From: Gonapodya sp. JEL0774
Lineage: Eukaryota
Reading direction: 5' to 3'
DNA length: 64,000 nt
NCBI GenBank assembly: GCA_027604505.1
Contig: JADIIX010000014.1
Coordinates: 62,001-126,000, forward strand
Positions 11,846-22,571 of this stretch are shown here, in pieces (the first letter of the stretch is position 1; every line of letters starts with the position of its first letter). The notes beneath the pieces were generated by a model. That model searched no databases, was not told where the DNA came from, and saw only the letters and a list, made by a program, of their open reading frames with translations. A program made the position numbers and the translations under genes.

Positions 11846-13760
11846 ATGGGTACTGGTCCCGGCCCTGGTGATGGTGGAGAAGGGTTTGGAGACGCTAGGG
11901 CCAATTCCGGTAATAAGGACTATTTCATGATCGCGGTGGTCGCTGTGCTCGCGCTGGCTGCTGGATTTTCTTCGACGCGGGTGTGGCCCGTTGGAGGCCA
12001 GGTGAGAGAAACTTTGTGAAGGCGACGACATCTCGACATACCGAATCGAATTGACCTCGCTCATGCAAAACGAACATCGATGGGGAAAAAATGCGTTTTT
12101 CTATTTGAAATGCGGGATCCTCCCTACATCAGGATTCGGGACTCCTTCAGTCTGACCCTGCGAACACCACATCGGAAGCTCCAATGGTGACGGATGACAC
12201 GCCTCCAACGCCGCTTCAGCCCCATTCTCCCGACCTCGTTATCGCATATCACCCTCACGCAAATGCGAGCCTCCTCGCGCCATTCCTGCACTCCCTCGTT
12301 TTCGCCTGCCCCAGGTGCCATTCGGCACTCTTTACGGAATCTCATTCCTTGAACCACGACATGGATAGACTCGCTGCCGACTCGCGAGTCACACATAGAA
12401 TTCATACCTACACACCTAGAGGCTGGCACAGCAACTCTTTCAGTGCGCGAGCCATCGGCGACTGGATGGATAGCATCAGCGAGATGGAGTTGGATGAATC
12501 TGGAGTCGTCGTCCTCCGCGGCCAGCTCCCGCCGCAATCTATTCCGCACTCTTCCACGTCTTCTCTCTACCCTGGTCTGGTCCTCATCTCTGACGCGGCG
12601 GACACGGTGTTTCAACGGGACCCTTTCGACCACCCCTTGGTTGAGTGGGTCAGGCGCATGCAGGAGTTGGGCAAAGATGTCGTAGTATTTGGAAGGGAGG
12701 GTGATGCACTCGTCAGAGATGACCCGGAGGCGAAAAGGTGGGTTTGCAATGAACATGGGAAGAGGTTCTGGGGGTGCGGAGCTGCATCAAGCCCTGTTCT
12801 CGAGTTTTTATGAAACCATGGTCGACGGGAGTGAATGCTTTGGTTTCCGAGCACGGGCGTTCCCATCAACAATTGACGTTGTGCACACGTCGGTGGCAAA
12901 CAGCGCCCTCCTTACCTGCCACCCAAATGCAACGGCCGCTGCCTCTCTCCTCACCTACCCACTCTCTCCACCGTCTGTCATTCTTGGCACTTGGAGTGGT
13001 GTGCGCGCTTACCTCGGGTGGATGAGAGCCGCAATGGCAGGCGGTAAAGCGGCCCAGTTCCGGAAGAATGAGGACGGTGGCTACGAGTGTCGGTCAATGG
13101 CCGGAGAAGGTAAGCTCTATGGGAGGAATGATTCGCGATTAACATGATGGCGTGGGCGTCGATGGCGAAATGGCACCTGGGAGTTGTCGTTGCTGAGAGT
13201 GGTGGCCCTGAAGTCAGCTTCGTACCGGAAGGCTCCAAGAGGTTCGACTGGCCGGCAAGATACAGTACCACGCGGTTGTGATAGTAGCGTCGATATTGAG
13301 CCAACTGGGACCAGTAATGTTGGGATGGACTGTCTATCCGGCAGTGCGGTTAAGGTGCTCCCCTCGTTTGCGCAGCGCCTGTCCGTCTCTACCACGTGTT
13401 CCATAGTTTGATGCACTTTGCATTTCTACATATAATTCCTACCCAGCCACCGCTCTCCATACAATCCTCCTCTCCCACTTTCTCCCCACCAACGTCTCTC
13501 AATCCATCCCTCTTCCGATTCCCTTTTCATACCCAATCACCCCTCACCTTCCCTTTCAATACTCTCACCCTGTCCTACTCTCGCACTTTCACCCACCACT
13601 GATTCGACATCCCTCGGGGTCAGGAGAAATCGCGTATCCCGTCAATCGAACCACGGTCCCAAACCCACTGAAGGGTGCCGTGGTAGGGACCGTGGTGGGA
13701 TGGAGATCGCATAGAGGTGTTCGGGAGGAAGTGCTGAGGTGGTGGGGCGTTGGAGAATAA
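11846..13760 (+). CDS. Type II membrane glycosyltransferase-like protein (D..D.vFQ.DPF family), multi-exon
   Basis: N-terminal TM (FMIAVVAVLALAAGF), motif LVLISDAADTVFQRDPF, then SVILGTWSGVRAYL. Last exon 13408-13760 reads FDALCIST..VVGWRSHRGVREEVLRWWGVGE*. Splicing between 13110 and 13407 is unresolved. Confidence 0.6.
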
Positions 13761-14213
13761 AAAAACGGTGCGCACACGGTGCAGTTGGTGGTGGGGCGAT
13801 GTGTGGCCTTGAGGCCCCTGCGGTTAACACTCAGAAAACGATTAATTGATTTTCTTGTGGAGACTTGACGAAGAAGCTACCTGCAGGATAGAAGCAGGAA
13901 AGCACAGTTTCTTGGAAATGGTTTGGTTGGCTTTTTGATGGGTCCGAGTACGCGCCAATTTCTGCGGCAATGGGACCATACTCTTTCATAAATACACTCT
14001 AATATTAGATACCCGCCAGACAAAGTATATTGTACATAGACAATTAATTACAACAGCGCTCGCTCCGTTGCAAAGGAACGGATATCCGGCAAGACACAAA
14101 GGAAAATAAAAGAAGGAAAGCTTTGAGAGAAGCAGAGAGGAGCTCAAAGTTCCGCAAGGTGGCCGATTGTCAGCCTGCCTATGCTTTCCACCACGAAGGG
14201 ATCCAAGACTAGA

Positions 14214-14365
14214 TTTCTGTGTACACTTGAACTCAGGACGTCGTGCGAGCGAAGATCACGCTCTGACCAACAGTGCCTCCGGACCGGAAAACAACGGCAA
14301 AATAATGTTTTCTGTGAGTATTGAACTCACGACCTCGTGCAAGTGAAGCGCGGACTGACCTCCCG
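14214..14365 (-). pseudogene. Two decayed tandem copies of the adjacent tRNA-Val gene
   Basis: Segments ctgtgtacacttgaactcaggacgtcgtgc..cgctctgaccaac..ggacc (~14214-14286) and ctgtgagtattgaactcacgacctcgtgcaagtgaagc (~14308-14365) align to the intact tRNA at 14389-14462 with broken stems. Confidence 0.7.
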
Positions 14366-14388
14366 AAAAATAAGGATCCAAAAAGATT

Positions 14389-14462
14389 TGAGTCCTGTGA
14401 GGCTCGAACTCACGACCTCGTGCGTGTGAAGCACGCGCTCTGACCAACTGAGCCAAGGACCG
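14389..14462 (-). tRNA. tRNA-Val (anticodon CAC)
   Basis: Cloverleaf: D arm GCTC-AGTTGGTCA-GAGC, anticodon arm CGTGC-TT-CAC-AC-GCACG, T arm GTGAG-TTCGAGC-CTCAC, acceptor CGGTCCT/AGGACTC with a C1:C72 mismatch, discriminator A. A T5 Pol III terminator follows a few nt downstream. Confidence 0.88.
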
Positions 14463-15449
14463 TTTTTTTTGTTGACATTATGTTACGTAACTAGTATATC
14501 AATGTAACTTTTTTGCTTGCAAATTTGCTTACTTACTAGTATATGATGTTTTTACTTAAATTTATATTGCATTGTGACCCCTCGAATGGCGAGCACTGTT
14601 TCTAGTTCAACCAGATGAAAATGTGTAATAAATTGAGGGGAACCAGCGTTTTTGCAGCTTCGTCAAGCAGTTCTTGCCACATGAAGTGTTTATGATGGAC
14701 GGGGGAGGTTATGATCTGGCGGCGTTTCTCGGCAGGGGGCACGTCTTCGCATTCAGAATTCGCACCCACCCCATTCATATTCGCATTCACCTGCGAGTCA
14801 CGCTTGTTTTCCTCTGACTCTATCTTGGAATTCAAGAAACCTTTGAGCTTGACCTTCTCCGCCCTTGGTCTGCTCCCTTCTCTTGCGGCTTCTGCCTTGG
14901 AGTACGCTTCTCGGAAGCCCGTGCCGAACTGTTTGATTCAGACGCTGAGACCCACTATCGCGTCATTGTTCCGTCGCTATTCCTGTTATAAAGAGGTTTT
15001 TGGGTGGTCTCGTGCTACTGGAGCTGTTGGAACAGGCGGAAATCAGGTGCGAATTGATAATCTCAAACACCCCGCAAAGTGATAGATTTGACTGCGATTC
15101 CTTTCCAAACACTTCTCAAATCTTTTACTTTACTCTATTACATCACTTAGAATCGCTAGATTTGCTATCCATTCTCCCTCCCATAAGTTCCGCCAATCAC
15201 CCCCGCCCCGCATCTCGATTACCATCCTCCAATCCCTCCACTCACCTTTCGGGCCAAATCCGACTCCAATTCTGCGTTCTCGCCACTGTGTGTCCGCGGC
15301 TCTCTGATTCCATTCAAGACTTGTCGACCTAGATCCCACGCCATTCACCTTCACACCCGCCTGGGAGCCGCAACCTCTGCCTCGACAGACTTCCCACTCA
15401 CCTTTGCAACAACAAGACACGACACACTTACAAGCCTCCATAACTGGAT

Positions 15450-18400
15450 ATGGAAATGGATTGGCTCAAGGATTTGTTCGCAGATAGGCAGGATCGGGCA
15501 GAGCAACGGAAGTCATCGTCATCAAGGAGGGCGAGATACGTCAAAGCACGCTCCAAAAAGGTCCGCCGAGGAATCACAGCACTTGAAGAGTACGTGACAA
15601 TAGAGCGAGCAAAGTTTACCCGGGATAAAGCGTTTGTCAGCGAGATCGCACGTCAATACCAAACTCTTGGAGGATCACAGGACCTCGACTCACCAACATC
15701 TGAAACAACGCTGCTCCAGGCTGTGCTGGATCACCGAGTACAATATCTCAGAGACGGACGGTCCCTATCTATCCCACCCAGGCTTGTCACTTTTGTGTTT
15801 CCACCCTCTGTCGCGAGAGTTTTCCTGTCCAACCTGGTGCTCCGAGATAGAGTATGCTCACCTCTTTCACATATCCCTCGCATCGTTCTTCAGCTGCGTC
15901 CCGAATTCAAGCTCTCCACCAGAGAACTCACCTTGAAGCCGTTTTTCTCTGGTGACTTGGCGCACGATCTGACTGATCGACCGACGCCTGTTCTCATTCC
16001 TGATGATCTGGCTGAATGGTACAATGCATCCATCGATCATGGTCGTGGGGAGTTTGAGGGTCGTGACGGGTGAGTGGGAATTTGAGGTGAACAATACTGC
16101 GAGTGCGAGTCAGACATCATGAAGTTCACGCGAACCAAATCTCAGCTTACTGGTGAACGCATTCAATTTTTCTATCAGAATGTGGAAATACTTCTCCCTT
16201 TACATCAGAGAACTTGCCCTTGACCCCGAAGAGGCTCTTGAAATCCTCGAGCTGTACATGTGCGAAAGACCGGCAGATTTGCCGTGGGCTGCTGCCGTCA
16301 AATCAGAGTGTGAAGAGTTTATCGCAAGGACACAACCTCAAACAGGAGACACCACTCACTCTTCAATGTCATTCAAACTCCGCTATGCAGGCGTATCACG
16401 GGTGACAAACGGCGTCCAACGAATGGCTGCAGACTGGAAAAACCGAACAGCGACAAGAATCATCAACTTTCTAAGAGTAGTTGAGCAAGTGAGAACAGCC
16501 AAATTAGGTGGCGAGGAAAATGCGAGTGTACCAACTCGTCCATTGGAAGAAGAGAGAGACGAGGAGGAGAACAGTGATGAGGAGGACGACACCGAGAACG
16601 ACACATCAGCAATATCACCCACCTCAGAGTGTGATCGAGTTTTGGGCCTCCTCGAAGTCCGAACACTTGTGGTTATCGAGATCCCTTGCTGCGTCGGTGA
16701 CGAACCAGAGCTCCTGCTCCACTTTGTGGGTGCACTCGAAGACACTCTCATACTTGTGGTACAACCGTGTGCTCTGAATTCGGCGTACGGTGGATTCACC
16801 AGCCGCATTAAACTGGACGACCGAGTAGCTGCGCTCATCGATCAGTGCGCAGCTGCAACGATTGTGCCGTGGATGACAGATCTCAAAGAGATGCCTGGCG
16901 ACGGTAAGCTGAGAGAAAAATGAGCAAGGAATGTTTTGTAAGCACGGTGAAGTGAAACAGGCTGACGGGTTTTGATACTCCATCTCTTGACCCTCAACAG
17001 AGTGGAACCCAGTCGATATTGACGCCGCCAGATCATATGCCGACAAGATCCGTGACATTTATTACCACACGGCCAGAGGTTTTGCTCCCACGTTCCGTCT
17101 TCATCAGACAGAGTTGAACTTGACTGATCCGGATGAAAAGGACGAAATCAGGATAGAAGATTCCACGGAGTATGCATCAGTCCAAACCACGATACAGATG
17201 GCGGTGACACAACTCACCGGTCCTCTTCATCCTGTCGGAGGCATTGTGTCCACTGTCAATCACTTTAAGGATATTACCCGAACGGGATTCTACTCCCACA
17301 TACCTTTTTGGCATCAATTTGCCGGAAGGGGACCCTTAACGGCCAGGGAGATTTCACTGCGTGTGTTTGACAGCGTCCTACGGCAGCCTGTTCAGGCCTC
17401 CAGCTCCTTTGTCATGACCAGAGTGTTTGGTCCATTCTTGGACCTCCTCCCGACGTTGGACCGGGATCTGTTTTACGCCCCATTAAGCTTTCTCCGGCAG
17501 CAGCTGAAGGTGCTACAGCCTATTCACATTACTGCGAATGGGATAGGGCCAGTGGTTGTGTTCTTGAATGGACTCCTCGACGACGAGTACCTCGATGTGA
17601 AGGCAGTTGAAGAGAGCTCTACACTCGGTACGCCAAAGTACAAGGGGCGTCAGAAGCCTCAAACTTCACAAGAACTTGATGGAACTGACCGGGAAAACGT
17701 TTGTTTGTCGTCGTGGAACACGAGACGGGGAGTTCTGACCTGCCTGGTATGTCATCATACAAAACTTGGAGTGCACATCGAAATCCCATCACCCATTCAC
17801 AACCATTCTCGTTCGCAAATGAAGAGCTCCCAGCCGCTGATGAATCCCAGTCCGCCATGATATCCGTGACTCGATCGGAATCGACATCATCCCTTGTCTC
17901 TGATGCACAAGTTCTCACACCAACCAGCAATTCCAACCGAAACAACTCCGCGAGCGTGAAGAAACAATCTGTTGCTTGTCTCGAGTCACTTCTGGACTCG
18001 CTGGCATGCCCTACCACCCCGTTTGTCAGGACTGCAGATGGAAGCTTGCCATGGACTGCGTACGGAGCGCTTTTCTCTGGGGACCGAGATCCTCAGCTAC
18101 GGGTTTTTCTGGAGACGATTGATTCCATTGCAATCGGTGATGGATCAATTGTGGTTCCTCCATCGTTTCCTTGTCCTCGAGGGATGGCTCCAGGTGACTC
18201 AGATTGGATCTCTTGGGCTCGGGGATTGGAAGAAGGAAAAACCGATATCTGGAGCGCGAATGCCATTGGCCACGCCGTTAATCCCACTCAAGAACGACGT
18301 AGCAATAGTGCCCTGGCTGGAACACCCTCCAGCCGTGCTTCTCAGAAGTATGCTGCGTTTCTCGTCACATCACTCAACACCATCATCGACCCGGACTATT

Positions 18401-19291
18401 TGGTCAGACCAAAACAGGACCGTGTATTCCGTGTGTACGTCCGTGCCATTGATGGATGCCGAACGCGATACCACTTTTCCACGCCGCAAATCAATGTGGA
18501 CCATGGAATGCACCTGTGCGGACTTGGAGAGGAACGTTCGTACAAGGACACCCCGTACAATTACGTACGTTTTGCTCATGATTGGAGCGTCTCAAACGGA
18601 GATATTGCCTCAACTTCTCAGTGAGCCTGCCATGGCAGGAGTTGGTGTACTCAATGCGGATCAGGTATTTCCCCAAGAAAGTGCGCAGTTCCAAGGGCTT
18701 TCCGCAGAGTTTCAGACGCTGGTGAGACTGTACCCGTTCGCAGAAATATTGACGAGGGTGAATGAAGCACGTACAGCACCGAGTTCTGGTGGTTTGTGGA
18801 AATCCTACAGTGAAAACGCCATGAAACACCGCCTTTTGAAGGTTCACCAACTGCCTGGAGCACCATCCAAGACGTTGGCAGGACGAACTGTGCCATTCTC
18901 AGCCTCAGATGCGCCTGATGCGTACTCGCTGACGGCGCTCGCACCCAACGTTTCACTGCGTGTACTCAGGCAACTTGATTCACTCGCAAAAGTAGTCGGC
19001 AATCCATTGATGGAATGGGTCTTTGTAAAATGTGGCAAATGCAGCAAGGAAGCTTGGAGGGCACTGGAAATCGGCGCCAAAAAGTACACCTTCCCCTGCA
19101 GTCCGGTCATTGAACAATTCGGAACCGGTGAGCATCCTCATCCTTACTCAAAACCACGGATGCATGTGACTCGACGGACCAGAAACATCTGGGACCTCGG
19201 ACCTGGAGAGCGCGATGAGCTCTTTTACATTTACCTGAACACAGAGGACAAACTGCACGAGCACCTTGGTCGACAAGATCCATTCAAGTAA
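15450..19291 (+). CDS. Large hypothetical protein with GIY-YIG-like motifs and a C-terminal CxxC (multi-exon)
   Basis: Long consecutive ORFs (207, 256, 248, 307, 439 aa) with plausible GT-AG introns. Motifs SLYIR..RYAGVS..R..E..LNSAYGG, FLRQQLKVLQPIHITANG and FVKCGKC. Confidence 0.55.
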
Positions 19292-20344
19292 GAATTTGAG
19301 GTGTCTGGACAATTAACAGATTTAGAGTGGAGGCCACCAATGTTTCCCTTCGCACATAGTTGGTTAATAACTTGGTATTTGACTATGTCATCCGTATTGC
19401 GTATCATATTATTGTTTGAGCTTTGACATACTTTGCTTGATAGACTAAAATCCGTGATATGACATACTCTGTATCGACGGGATTTGTGATCGTGATGAAT
19501 TGCACCCGCCGGTCGCACCCGGCGCAACTGGCACAAACCAATGTTACGATGGAAACAAATCAAACGTCAATCATTAGAGCAAAAGTAATTATGTCAAAGC
19601 ATCTCATGTCGATGTAATTACATTAGACCACTTCATATGTGAAGTCTGGCGTGCTCGGGCCTCAGAGGAGTGTGGGTACCACCCCTGAGGTCATGAGGAG
19701 AATCACTTGGCCCGGTCATCTGGAAGAAAAAAGAACACCATTCACATTCTTGACCTCAGTGAGCCAACAAACTGGCCGAAGTTGTGAGCTCCCGGCGTTT
19801 CAAGTAGCGATTTGGACGCAATTGTGAGGAAGGCGTCCAGCACGTGGTGCATTGGCTCTGTCTTGCGTGAGATGTTAGAACCACCAAGGACCACGCTGGA
19901 TAGAGTACTTGTGGCACGATTCTCCAACTCGAAAGAGTCATTACCGTCTTCACAGGGCACAATTCTCCAAAGAACTTGCAGGGGGAACTGTCTGCGTGCT
20001 CTAGTCAGCGTGGTGGTGGTTCACCATCGTTGAAAGCAGCAGTGCACTACACGCGCTAGACACTTTGAGAAGTGAAGTGTGGACAATAGAGGAATGAACT
20101 TGGTCAGGAATGTACCAACTGTGGCAAATCTGTTGACAGGTGGGCCACTGGCGCTGATAACAAACAGGGTTTCTACTGCGTCGACACATTGCTTTCAATA
20201 AACTTGACCTGCTCTTCATAATGCACGGTTATAATTTCGATCGCAAACAATAATAATGTCACTTTCAACACAAAATTGCTGCAAACAACTTATGGGCACA
20301 AGAACTCAACGAGACAGCTGCAAATAACTGATGCGTACAAAACC

Positions 20345-22339
20345 TCAACGAGCCGTCTCTTCCCCCGTCGCCATCGACACTCTCTCATTTCTCTCGTCGT
20401 CCTCCCTTCTTTGGGTTTCGTTGCTACTGGTTCCCTCATCCATTTCGATGGGGTCGAACAAAGGGACCGCTACCAAAGAAGGAACAGTACTAAACAACAC
20501 AATCGATTGATAATTGAACTCAGGAGACAAAGTACCTTTCCAATCTACTGCTTCAGCTCTTCCTTTGTGTCCATACAAGTACGCATACCCCATGAGGCCA
20601 GTTAAAACCGCCACCAAGACGCTGCCGATTGCAACACTCAAAACAAAAACAGGAGATCTCCCAGTGCATACACCTGCACCGCCAAGTTTGACAGATCTGA
20701 GACATGAATCAGGCGCGTTGCGCAAGCATGTGACAAGGTCTGGATTCGAAGAAAGATTGCACAAGCCTGTAAACCGCAAGGGCATCTGTCCATCTATTCT
20801 CCCTGCAAGTGTGTTGTTGCTGATATCCACGTAAACCAAGGATTTGAGGTGAGTCATGTTTGGTAATGTTCCCGACAGTTGATTGTTGTGGAGGAGAATG
20901 TGCTCGAGGTAAGTGGAGTTTGCGAGAGATGGGATGTTTCCGCTGAGCCTGTTGTCTTGAAGCCAAACCTTTTGTAACTCTTTGAGCGTATTAAAGGATG
21001 GTATGGGTCCTGTGAGTTGGTTGGAAAACAGGAGCAGGTACCATAGCCTGGTGAGGTTCGTGAGGGATGGGATGGAACCAGTGAGCTGGTTGTCATATGC
21101 TTCAAGTGTGTAAAGTCGGGTGAGGTTGGAAAGCGATGGGATTTCGCCCGTAAGCTTGTTGGAATACAGGCGAAGATATTCGAGTCTGGTGAGACCTGCG
21201 AGGGATGGAATGGACCCGGTGAGTTGGTTTTTGTACACTTCGAGATACGTGAGGTAATTGAGACCGGCGAGGGATGGGATCTCCCCGGTGAGTTGGTTGG
21301 AAGATAGGTACAGATAGCGAAGGTTGGTGAGACCGGCGAGGGGTGGGATGGTTCCGGAGAGTTGGTTGAAAGATAGGGCCAGAGTTCCAAGGTTGGTGAG
21401 GCTGGCAAGAGATGGGATCTCCCCGGTGAGTTTGTTATCAGCCAAGTCGAGTGTCACTAATTTGGTGAGGTTTTCAAGGGATGGAATTGGACCGGTGAGC
21501 TGGTTCGTCCCTAGGTTCAAAACGCGAATGTTTTGGGTGATGTTGGCGAGGGAAGGAATGGATCCAGTGAGCTTGTTGTTGGACAGGTCCAGGGACGATA
21601 TGTTGGTGAGTCCGGCAAGTGACGGAATGGTCCCGTTGAGCTCATTGAAAGACAGATTCAGGTCCGATAGGTTGGGGATACCGGAGAGGGATGGAACGGA
21701 CCCAGTGAGCTTGTTGGAATACAGGTACAGTTTCTCAAGACTGGTGAGACCGGCAAAGGATGGAGCGAACCCGGTGAGCTGGTTGAGTGTTAAGTCCACG
21801 TAACGTACATTGGTGAGATTGGCAAGAGATGGAATGGGCCCAGTGAGCTGGTTGAAAGACAGGACCAGACGCTGAAGTTTGGTGAGATTTGAGAGTGGTG
21901 GAATGGTTCCAGTAAGCTTGTTGAACGACAGGTCAAGTGTTCTGAGGTTGGCGAGGTCGGCGAAGGAAGGAATCGATCCGGAGAGTTCATTGGAAGTCAA
22001 GTAGAGATTCTCAAGGTTGGTGAGACCGGCGAGGGAAGGAATGGATCCGGTCAGCTCGTTGTATGCCAGATCGAGTGTCGACAGGCCGGTGAGACCGGCG
22101 AGGGTTGGCAGTGGCCCCGTAAGACTGCTGGAACGCAGTTTCACGATTGAGATACGGCCATCGACACAAGAGATGGTCTCGTTTTGATTGCAACACGTGC
22201 CCGCTGTCCAGGGGATCGTCTGCTGTGACTGTGAAAAGATGGACTCGATAACCCGACAATCGTCCACTTCGGTCTGCGCATCGATTCTAGCCAGAAATGC
22301 GATGGCAGCAAAGACGATTCCATGCGCAAAGGAAACCAT
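20345..22339 (-). CDS. Intronless LRR receptor-like protein (signal peptide, ~20 plant-type LRRs, one TM, short tail)
   Basis: 664-aa ORF: signal peptide, Cys N-cap (W..TCC..ISC), repeats LxxLTxLxxLxLxxNxLTGxIPS, C-cap (NPDLVTC..C..C), TM VFVLSVAIGSVLVAVLTGLMGYAYLY and an acidic ~70-aa tail with no kinase. Confidence 0.92.
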   Translation of the reverse strand: MVSFAHGIVFAAIAFLARIDAQTEVDDCRVIESIFSQSQQTIPWTAGTCCNQNETISCVDGRISIVKLRSSSLTGPLPTLAGLTGLSTLDLAYNELTGSIPSLAGLTNLENLYLTSNELSGSIPSFADLANLRTLDLSFNKLTGTIPPLSNLTKLQRLVLSFNQLTGPIPSLANLTNVRYVDLTLNQLTGFAPSFAGLTSLEKLYLYSNKLTGSVPSLSGIPNLSDLNLSFNELNGTIPSLAGLTNISSLDLSNNKLTGSIPSLANITQNIRVLNLGTNQLTGPIPSLENLTKLVTLDLADNKLTGEIPSLASLTNLGTLALSFNQLSGTIPPLAGLTNLRYLYLSSNQLTGEIPSLAGLNYLTYLEVYKNQLTGSIPSLAGLTRLEYLRLYSNKLTGEIPSLSNLTRLYTLEAYDNQLTGSIPSLTNLTRLWYLLLFSNQLTGPIPSFNTLKELQKVWLQDNRLSGNIPSLANSTYLEHILLHNNQLSGTLPNMTHLKSLVYVDISNNTLAGRIDGQMPLRFTGLCNLSSNPDLVTCLRNAPDSCLRSVKLGGAGVCTGRSPVFVLSVAIGSVLVAVLTGLMGYAYLYGHKGRAEAVDWKGTLSPEFNYQSIVLFSTVPSLVAVPLFDPIEMDEGTSSNETQRREDDERNERVSMATGEETAR
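20800..22150 (-). repeat. Tandem 69-bp (23-aa) LRR-coding repeats
   Basis: Recurring ggtgagaccggcgagggatgg and gtgagctggttg units at ~69-bp period; one unit is 24 aa. Confidence 0.9.
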
Positions 22340-22571
22340 GCGCTGAGAATAAACAAAAGCGCGGAGTAAACGCGTTGAACTTCAGAACATTGATCGATGT
22401 TTTCCTGTGTTTTATTTATTTATGGAGATCGTTTTGGCCTTAGGCACGTCTGAGCAGGCCCACCCATCTGCCACAGTCAGGAATTGCGGAATTCGATATA
22501 AATGAAGCAATTCTTCGCCATCCTGGCTTGAAAGCTCAGTGATTTTTACGCACGAGGAGACATCCAACGCC

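Noticed and set aside
13585..13750. Inverted repeat ACCACGGTCCC/GGGACCGTGGT suggesting an ncRNA or MITE
   Set aside because: Lies in an open frame forming the last exon of the GT-like gene; explained by the C-rich/G-rich exon polarity.
17972..18624. ~650 bp of two overlapping open frames
   Set aside because: A short intron near 18565-18602 can join the frames; no evidence of dual coding.
20800..22150. Regularly spaced repeats as a CRISPR-like array
   Set aside because: They are in-frame 69-bp LRR coding units in a eukaryotic gene.
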